From: a bacterium
Lineage (GTDB): Bacteria; Patescibacteriota; Dojkabacteria; JAKAPS01; JAJZLI01
Assembly: GCA_021846685.1 (NCBI GenBank)
Contig: JAJZWL010000004.1
Coordinates: 7,899 to 71,898, forward strand
Length of the DNA: 64,000 nucleotides
Reading direction: 5' to 3'
In this document: piece after piece, positions 57,800-64,000 of the stretch
Numbering within the stretch: position 1 is the first letter of the stretch
Layout of the letters: every line of letters starts with the position of its first letter
Notes under the pieces: generated by a model
The model's input: only the letters and a program-made list of their open reading frames with translations
Databases searched by the model: none
What the model was told of the DNA's origin: nothing
Program-made: the position numbers and the translations under genes

Positions 57800-58879
57800 A
57801 TGTCAAATTTTTTAGTAACAGATATAAAAGTCATAGATAGTCCTCAGGCTGGAATAGGCGTAGCTAGGTGTTTAAAAACTTTGGGTCATAAAGTATATGG
57901 GATTGACGATACTCCATTTGTAACAAACTCAGATTTATTTGAAGCTGTTTTTGTTATAGAAGAGATTAGAACTCTTAATTTAGATAATTTAGTAAAAAAA
58001 TTAATTAATATAAAAAATTTATATCATATTGATTACATTATTCCTTGTTATGATGAAACATCAATCCTTCTTTCTTATATAAAAGATAAATTGAATTATA
58101 TTGGAATACAACTTATTGCTCCAGATATTGAAGTGATAAAGAGATTAAAAAAAGAAAATTTGGTAAATACATTTTCTGGTATTAATAATAAGCAATTATT
58201 GATACCAGAAACAAAAGTAATATCTTCTATTAAAGAAGCTGAAAATTATGCTATGCAAATTAATTATCCCCTTGTTGTTAAAGGAATGACTAAAGGTGTA
58301 AAAATTGTAGAAAATAGCACAGAATTGCCTAGTGCAATAAAATATATATGTAATATTTGGAATAATGGTGAAATTCATTGTATTATTCAAAAGTTTATAC
58401 AAGGGAAATCAATAAATGCATTATTATCCTATAAAGATGAAAGAATAGTTTCTTATTTAGAAATGGAAAAGATAGCATTAGATTCTAATGGTGCAACTTG
58501 GTTTGGGAAGCTCACTTCAGATAAAAATATATTTAATGTTATAGCTGATTTTTGCAAGTATATAAAATTAAATAATTCTATAATTGAAATAGAAACGATT
58601 TTAACAGAACAAGGAAAGTATTATGTTTATGAAATTAATTATAGACCACCGGCTTGGATCTATTCCCCAGCATTAAATGGACAAAATTTCTTAGATATAT
58701 TCTTAAATCCACAAAAAACAGTAATATTTAATAATATAAATGCCTTTTTTGGTAGAGAATCTAATGACTTTGTGAAACCTTTAGAAGATATCTCTCAATA
58801 TGAAGATTTACAATTTTATGCTAAAGGAGCTGCATATAAAAATGATAATCAAAAGTATCCTTCTGAAATTATGATTTGA
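57800..58879 (+). CDS. ATP-grasp family ligase
   Basis: 359 aa; 'YPLVVKGMTKGVKIV', 'IIQKFIQGKSINAL', 'YYVYEINYRPP' (E-x-N Mg-binding motif). Confidence 0.55.
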   Translation: MSNFLVTDIKVIDSPQAGIGVARCLKTLGHKVYGIDDTPFVTNSDLFEAVFVIEEIRTLNLDNLVKKLINIKNLYHIDYIIPCYDETSILLSYIKDKLNYIGIQLIAPDIEVIKRLKKENLVNTFSGINNKQLLIPETKVISSIKEAENYAMQINYPLVVKGMTKGVKIVENSTELPSAIKYICNIWNNGEIHCIIQKFIQGKSINALLSYKDERIVSYLEMEKIALDSNGATWFGKLTSDKNIFNVIADFCKYIKLNNSIIEIETILTEQGKYYVYEINYRPPAWIYSPALNGQNFLDIFLNPQKTVIFNNINAFFGRESNDFVKPLEDISQYEDLQFYAKGAAYKNDNQKYPSEIMI

Positions 58880-58942
58880 ATAAGAATATTAAATTAGTGT
58901 AATAATTGGTGGTTGATTGTCAAATATTTTTACTAATTTCAC

Positions 58943-59058
58943 AATCCAAACCAAAAGCGGTTCGATCTGAGGCACCTTAAGGTCAATTAACGCGACACCC
59001 TCTGTAGAAACATCTCGAATGTATTGATGGAACTTGCTTACAAGTGAGATTTGAAATG
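58943..59058 (+). repeat. Island repeat copy D (full unit)
   Basis: 'aatccaaaccaaaagcggttcgatctgaggcaccttaaggtcaattaacgcgacaccctctgtagaaacatctcgaatgtattgatggaacttgcttacaagtgagatttgaaatg'. Confidence 0.8.
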
Positions 59059-59072
59059 CTAATGGAAAATTA

Positions 59073-59366
59073 TTAATTATAAACTTTTTTGTTTCCTGAG
59101 TGTCCACCTATGGTCAAAGCTATGATAGTAGTTCTGTTATCAAAAAAATCCCAAATAATCCGTAGATCTCCAGTTACTCTTGAACTATATCTTATACCAT
59201 AATTTCTTGTATTTACTTTATGTGTTTTTAGGTTACTAGAGAAAGGGTTTTCTGTAAGTATTATGATTTTTTGATCAATTATTTTTTTTAAATTTGTATT
59301 TCCTTTTACATATTTTCTATAAGATCTTTCAAATTCTTTTGTTATAGTAAAATCATATATTTTCAT
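59073..59366 (-). CDS. RelE/ParE-superfamily type II toxin (mRNA interferase-like)
   Basis: 97 aa; 'TGDLRIIWDFFDNRTTIIALTIGGHS' matches the RelE/YafQ C-terminal pattern; 6 nt downstream of the putative antitoxin gene on the same strand. Confidence 0.55.
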   Translation of the reverse strand: MKIYDFTITKEFERSYRKYVKGNTNLKKIIDQKIIILTENPFSSNLKTHKVNTRNYGIRYSSRVTGDLRIIWDFFDNRTTIIALTIGGHSGNKKVYN

Positions 59367-59372
59367 ATAGTC

Positions 59373-59663
59373 TTATTTACTTATTTTGTTAAGATGATCT
59401 TTGATCTGGCTTGTAGATTTCAATCTTGTTACTCTTCCTGTTTCAATATCATCTAATGCTCTTCCAATACTTTCTTCGGTTTCTAAGTCAACCATAGGAA
59501 TATCTTTATATAATGGTTTAATATCTTCAATTACTAGGTGCCTTACATATTCAGGAGTAGAGATGCCTAACTGTTCAAGTCTGATCTTTATTAATTCAAA
59601 TAAAGGTTGTGGAAATCCCACTTGTCTTACAACTGTATTTTGTGTTTGATTATTTTTACTCAT
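59373..59663 (-). CDS. Putative antitoxin of the RelE-like toxin
   Basis: About 97 aa from 'MSKNNQT' (the track ORF is extended to 59702); small, upstream of and co-oriented with the toxin. Confidence 0.4.
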   Translation of the reverse strand: MSKNNQTQNTVVRQVGFPQPLFELIKIRLEQLGISTPEYVRHLVIEDIKPLYKDIPMVDLETEESIGRALDDIETGRVTRLKSTSQIKDHLNKISK

Positions 59664-59746
59664 AATTATATAAATGTATTGTAGCACATGTGTAACAAGC
59701 ATTCAACATACATCTATAACTATTTGTATATTTCTATTACTTTAGT

Positions 59747-59839
59747 GATCCAAACTAAAAGCGGTTCGATCTGAGGCAACTTAAGGTCAATTAACTCGAT
59801 ATCACATGTTTGAAACGTTCCAAATATATTGATGAAATC
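59747..59839 (+). repeat. Island repeat copy E
   Basis: 'gatccaaactaaaagcggttcgatctgaggcaacttaaggtcaattaactcgatatcacatgtttgaaacgttccaaatatattgatgaaatc'. Confidence 0.75.
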
Positions 59840-59989
59840 TTATTTTCATAGGTATATTCTGATATTTTTCTTTATTTTTACTAATTATCCTTATCAATTA
59901 TTGATGAAGAATTTAGAGTGTCATATCACTATCGTCAACCTGAATTCTCCGATATTGACAATTATTGGATAATATATCATAATTAGTAC

Positions 59990-61243
59990 ATGGAAGAAAC
60001 ATTATATATGCAAAATCCTTGGTGGATGAATAGAGAATTTAATATAGGGATAATAAGAAAACAATCTCTTGATAAATTAAAAAGTATGGCTTTAAATAAT
60101 AAAGTTACAATGTTACTTGGAGGGAGACGTGTAGGAAAAACTTTTTTGATATATCAATATATAGATTATCTTTTAAAATCAAGAATAAAAGAAAAAAATA
60201 TACTATATTTACTTTTAGATACAAGGGCATTTGAAGATATAACAATTGTTAATTTACTAAGAGAATATAGAAAAATTCATAATCTTAGTATAGATGAGAA
60301 AATATATATTTTCTTAGATGAGATTCAATATAAAGATTCATGGGAGCAAGAAGTAAAGAATCTTTATGATACTGAGCCAAATATACAAATAGTTTTATCT
60401 GGATCTGCAAGTTTTAAAATTCATACAAAAACATCTTTTCTAACAGGTAGATATGAAATTATGAATTTATATCCTTTAAATTTTTTAGAATGGATAGGCA
60501 TTAGAGGTATTAAAATTCTTCCATCTGAGAGTTATAAATATCAAAATGAATTAAATGAATATTTATTTAAAGGAGGATATCCAGAATATGTTATTAAAGA
60601 GGATCCACAATATTTTCCTAATCTTGTAGACAGTATTGTATATAAAGATTTTGTAGAATATTTTAATATTAAAAATTTAGATATTGTTAAAGACTTATTT
60701 AAATTACTTTCAGATAGGACAGGGTCTCATTCAAGTCTTTCAAAAATAGGAAATATTCTGTCTATAAGCAAAGAAACAGTGAGGGAATATATATATGCTT
60801 TAAAGGGAAGTTTTTCTGTATATGAATTACAACGTTATTCTTCAAGCAGGAATGAGAGAATATATTTTGCTAAAAAATACTATTTAAATGATAATGGATT
60901 ACAATTTAATCAATCTGGTAAATTTAATAAAGGTCAATCTGCAGAGAGAACTTTATTTGATTATTTATATAAAAAATATTCAGATTCAATTTATTTCTAT
61001 TATGATAATAAAGTAGAAGTAGATTTTATATTGAAATATCATGATAGATTAGAACTGATAGAGTCTAAATACATAAATGATATTTCTGATTTTAATCCAA
61101 AATCTCTTCTAAAGGCAATGAAATCATTAGATGTAACTAATGCTACTGTTATCACAGAATCTATTGAAGAAGAATTAGTATTTGATGAAAAAAAGATAAT
61201 ATTTATTCCTTTATGGAAAGTTTTGGTAAAGCAAATTATATAA
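59990..61243 (+). CDS. AAA+ ATPase of the AAA_14/DUF4143 type
   Basis: 417 aa; Walker A 'LLGGRRVGKTFL', Walker B 'IFLDEIQY'; C-terminal domain of DUF4143-like length. Confidence 0.7.
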   Translation: MEETLYMQNPWWMNREFNIGIIRKQSLDKLKSMALNNKVTMLLGGRRVGKTFLIYQYIDYLLKSRIKEKNILYLLLDTRAFEDITIVNLLREYRKIHNLSIDEKIYIFLDEIQYKDSWEQEVKNLYDTEPNIQIVLSGSASFKIHTKTSFLTGRYEIMNLYPLNFLEWIGIRGIKILPSESYKYQNELNEYLFKGGYPEYVIKEDPQYFPNLVDSIVYKDFVEYFNIKNLDIVKDLFKLLSDRTGSHSSLSKIGNILSISKETVREYIYALKGSFSVYELQRYSSSRNERIYFAKKYYLNDNGLQFNQSGKFNKGQSAERTLFDYLYKKYSDSIYFYYDNKVEVDFILKYHDRLELIESKYINDISDFNPKSLLKAMKSLDVTNATVITESIEEELVFDEKKIIFIPLWKVLVKQII

Positions 61244-61303
61244 ATTATTCATAATTTTTTAATTAGATATAGTAAAAATCTAGATTACTTTTATCATTTT
61301 AAT

Positions 61304-61350
61304 AATCCAAACTAAAGGGGTTAGATCTATGGCACACCAAGGTCAAGTGA
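61304..61350 (+). repeat. Island repeat copy F (degenerate)
   Basis: 'aatccaaactaaaggggttagatctatggcacaccaaggtcaagtga'; shares the extended left context 'cttttatca-ttt-aataatcc' with copy C. Confidence 0.55.
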
Positions 61351-61475
61351 TGCTACAATTCTGGATCAAATAGTATGTTATTAAATGGTGCTCAAAGACA
61401 AACTATTGGAGCTTTTGAAAAAAGGTATTTGAAAAATAGGGATTGATCAATAATTCTATCTTTGGAATAGGAGTT

Positions 61476-62171
61476 TTATCTTCTAGCTAATTTGGATGCC
61501 ACATCCAACATTCTTCTTCCATATCTTTTATTTTTATTATCTCTACAAACAATATCAACTGCGCTCTTATAAGGAATTACGACTCTTCTTCGAAGTGACG
61601 CTATATAAGTTCTGTTGTTAGGATAAAATATACTATGTTTTCCTAATATACTAAAAACTTTTTCACCTGTATCTAATAGTTTATAACTTCTTTCAGATTT
61701 TATATCATCCTCACATGATGATATATAATGTTCTATTTTAGAGCGTGAATACTCATCCATTGCTTCAAATTTTTCAGTATCTCGGTACTCGCCCAATATT
61801 TCTCTGGGCTTATCTACTCTCACATCTCCAGACATATCTTTACCTTCACTTTTGAAAAAAGATAACAATTTTTTAACCCTCTCTTTATTGTGGAAAGCCA
61901 CTATTTGTATTCTACTATCTTCTCCATTTTTAAACCTAGATAGATATAATCTTCTTAACAGTCTTAACTCGATATTGGTGTCAAATGCCCAGTCTCTAAA
62001 AATGAAATATTGTGGGTTTATGCCTAGATCTAAAAGAACAGAAGCTAAAACTTCCGAATATTCTTGACACTTAGGATTATCGCTATCTTCTATATTTGCT
62101 GCAGTTGATAGTATGTATGGTTTTCTTGAATCTGGTGCTAAATGCCATAAGAGTGCAACAGATCCTGCCAT
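61476..62171 (-). CDS. Hypothetical protein (GC-shifted, Arg-rich C-terminus)
   Basis: 231 aa; start at ATG 62171 with an in-frame stop 30 nt upstream; uses CGA/AGG/GCC-type codons rare elsewhere in the window. Confidence 0.4.
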   Translation of the reverse strand: MAGSVALLWHLAPDSRKPYILSTAANIEDSDNPKCQEYSEVLASVLLDLGINPQYFIFRDWAFDTNIELRLLRRLYLSRFKNGEDSRIQIVAFHNKERVKKLLSFFKSEGKDMSGDVRVDKPREILGEYRDTEKFEAMDEYSRSKIEHYISSCEDDIKSERSYKLLDTGEKVFSILGKHSIFYPNNRTYIASLRRRVVIPYKSAVDIVCRDNKNKRYGRRMLDVASKLARR

Positions 62172-62562
62172 TGATCTTAAAATGCATCCATACCAGCTTC
62201 ATCCTTCCAAGGATCTCCTTTCCCAAGAACCATTATTGCATCAGGTAATGATTCTTGCAAAGGTTCGTTGTTGTAGACTTGTTCTATTTCCATGGGGGAA
62301 ATTATATCATGTCATATAGTTCTTAACAAAATAATTACTAAAAATTTTGTTATTCATTAGAGCTTAATATTCTATAGCTACAATATTATTAGTTTATATA
62401 AATAAAAAATGCACGAATTTCGCTATAATAAAGATTAAAGATTCAAGATCCTTTCAAAATACTTAAAGGTGTTGGATTAAAGGGTAGTGATACTTTTATA
62501 GATAAGGTTAATTTAATTACCTATTTGATTTTAATATTAAAAATATCTAGAATATTGTATAT

Positions 62563-63510
62563 ATGGGAGTTAAATATATAGATCATAGGAATCCTGATAT
62601 ATTGAATCTTAAAGAAATTGAAGCATATTTTAACTATCTTGATTTTACTGTTATATCATCTTCTCAATCATGGAGATATGTAACTGGGTTTTTAGAAAAT
62701 GATAATAAAGAGTATTTTTTTAAAGTTTCAACTAATTCAGCCTTAAGTGAACGTTTAAAAACTGAAATTGAATGGGAAGAGATAAGAGATAGAGAAGATA
62801 TAAAACTATCTTGTGATTTTCCACAAATATATAAAACTGGATTTTATAAAGATATACTACTTTATATTGTTTTTGAGAAGGTAAATGGAGTTCCTCTTGC
62901 AAACTCTACTAAAAATGATGACAAAAGTATGCAGATATTTATAAGTCATATAAAAGATGTTGTCAAAATAATACATTCTATTATGAGTATTAATTCAGAT
63001 TCATTACTTCCTAAGGATAGGAAGATGAATATGAGTATAGCCGATTTTATAGTTGGATCCTATAAAAAATATCTTAATGAGATGCATAATAGAATTGATG
63101 TGAAATCTTTAGAAAAAATCATAGAAGCTGGGATTCAATATACTACAGTTGCTCCAGCTCATTGTGATTTTGTTCCAGAGCATCTCTTAATTGAAAATAA
63201 TACTAAACTGTATGTTGTTGATAATGAAGCATTTTCATTACACCATGTAAAATTTTATGATTTAGCATATATGTATCATAGATTATATACAAAATACTGT
63301 AGACCTGATATTGCAAATAAATTACTAAATCTATATGAATCAGAATATCCTCTTTCTAAGCAAGAGATTCTTGCATTTAGGGCTATCTTGGGTGTTAGAC
63401 TTATAGGTGGATTTTTAGATGCAGAAAATGATAAGGGTTTTTCTGGAGGTACAAAAATTGAAATGCAATTATCTATGCGAGAAAATTTGGAGAAAGGAAA
63501 AATTATATAG
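62563..63510 (+). CDS. Protein-kinase-like phosphotransferase (APH/choline-kinase fold)
   Basis: 315 aa; 'VAPAHCDFVPEHLLIE' (H-x-D catalytic loop) followed by 'YVVDNEAFS' (DFG-equivalent Asp). Confidence 0.5.
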   Translation: MGVKYIDHRNPDILNLKEIEAYFNYLDFTVISSSQSWRYVTGFLENDNKEYFFKVSTNSALSERLKTEIEWEEIRDREDIKLSCDFPQIYKTGFYKDILLYIVFEKVNGVPLANSTKNDDKSMQIFISHIKDVVKIIHSIMSINSDSLLPKDRKMNMSIADFIVGSYKKYLNEMHNRIDVKSLEKIIEAGIQYTTVAPAHCDFVPEHLLIENNTKLYVVDNEAFSLHHVKFYDLAYMYHRLYTKYCRPDIANKLLNLYESEYPLSKQEILAFRAILGVRLIGGFLDAENDKGFSGGTKIEMQLSMRENLEKGKII

Positions 63511-63547
63511 TTTGTAATATTTTTTTATCAACTTCTGCTTAATTAAA

Positions 63548-63772
63548 CTATTTTGAATGATTAGGATCTAATTGATTTTTTAATCTCCTAATATGTTCTA
63601 TTATTTCACGCCTAATCCTTTCTTCTTGTAATTTTTCAAGTGCATCTATTTCTTCCGGTTTTTGATATCCAAGATCTCCAGCAACTTTTGGAGATACACC
63701 ATCCACGACTCCTCCGAATTGATTCGCCATTACATTATCCCAATATACTCTTTTTAAATCTTCATTTCCCAT
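63548..63772 (-). CDS. Hypothetical small protein
   Basis: 74 aa; 'LEKLQEERIRREIIEHIRRLKNQ' charged helix; no motif. Confidence 0.3.
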   Translation of the reverse strand: MGNEDLKRVYWDNVMANQFGGVVDGVSPKVAGDLGYQKPEEIDALEKLQEERIRREIIEHIRRLKNQLDPNHSK

Positions 63773-64000
63773 AGTATTTTATGATTATATTATACTATAT
63801 TTAAAGAAAAATAACTATACTATAAGATGCCTTCTGTTATGAGTAAACTTTAAAAAAGATGACAGTATTCAAAATATAACTTGAAAGAAAAATTAGAAAA
63901 TTTAGAGAAAAACAATGATATACCTTAATTGTCGAATCTCAGATAAACTATTGGCTTCATCACCTTTTCAGTAATCTGATGATAAGAAAAAATCTGATAA

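Noticed and set aside
48421-61350. The repeated ~55-115 bp units as a possible CRISPR array
   Set aside because: Units are 0.7-4.4 kb apart with whole genes between them. They have no regular short-spacer periodicity and no cas genes. They are tRNA-3'-end-like boundary repeats, not CRISPR repeats.
62113-62319. 68-aa plus-strand ORF overlapping the start of the 61476-62171 gene
   Set aside because: It lies antisense to or overlaps a better-supported ORF and its promoter region. It has no motif and is likely spurious.
1-64000. Alternative genetic code with UGA reassigned (code 25/4)
   Set aside because: Several well-supported genes terminate at TGA (Fic at 54450-54452, the sugar transferase at 8626-8628) and homologous proteins end at the expected positions. 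The standard code 11 fits.

Overview
The window is strongly AT-rich bacterial chromosome with small, densely packed, often overlapping genes. TGA is used as a stop (e.g. Fic at 54450-54452, sugar transferase at 8626-8628), so the standard code applies and not a UGA-recoding lineage. Gene content suggests a reduced-genome, possibly CPR-like bacterium; this is inference only.

Positions 1-48300 are mostly core and envelope functions, in order along the window:
- a Kef/RCK antiporter behind two histidine kinases and a lone receiver;
- a polysaccharide cluster with three GT1 glycosyltransferases and a WbaP-type phosphoglycosyl transferase;
- RecO, an RND permease, GlyRS, RsmI, an ABC-2 exporter and a MacB-like transporter;
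- a DEDD exonuclease, YbjQ, and two tandem RimK-like ATP-grasp paralogs;
- a compact division/cell-wall (dcw) cluster, mraZ-rsmH-ftsL-ftsI-murA-x-murE-murC, whose promoter carries a triple 10-bp GTGGT direct-repeat operator;
- an epimerase, a thioredoxin-like + VKOR + VanY module, UvrC and an aldehyde dehydrogenase;
- a large Cys-module surface protein, TldD/PmbA, a cupin and an AI-2E transporter;
- tRNA-Gly(UCC), tRNA-Leu(UAG) and tRNA-Glu(UUC).

From the 3' end of tRNA-Glu (48420) to at least 61350 lies an accessory island. It is divided into cassettes by six same-orientation copies of a ~55-115 bp direct repeat. The repeat's 5' part imitates the tRNA-Glu 3' end and its 3' part matches the sequence just downstream of the tRNA. 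The cassettes carry:
- an IS481-like element with a 10-bp target-site duplication, a histidine phosphatase, a GC-shifted hypothetical and an ABC-F ATPase;
- a class II Fic AMPylase;
- a four-gene putative small-molecule amidation/decarboxylation/ligation operon (NadE-like PP-loop ATPase, nitrilase-family hydrolase, fold-III PLP decarboxylase, ATP-grasp ligase);
- a RelE-type toxin-antitoxin pair;
- a DUF4143-type AAA ATPase;
- GC-shifted ORFs including an APH-like phosphotransferase.

No CRISPR array, rRNA or tyrosine/serine recombinase was seen.
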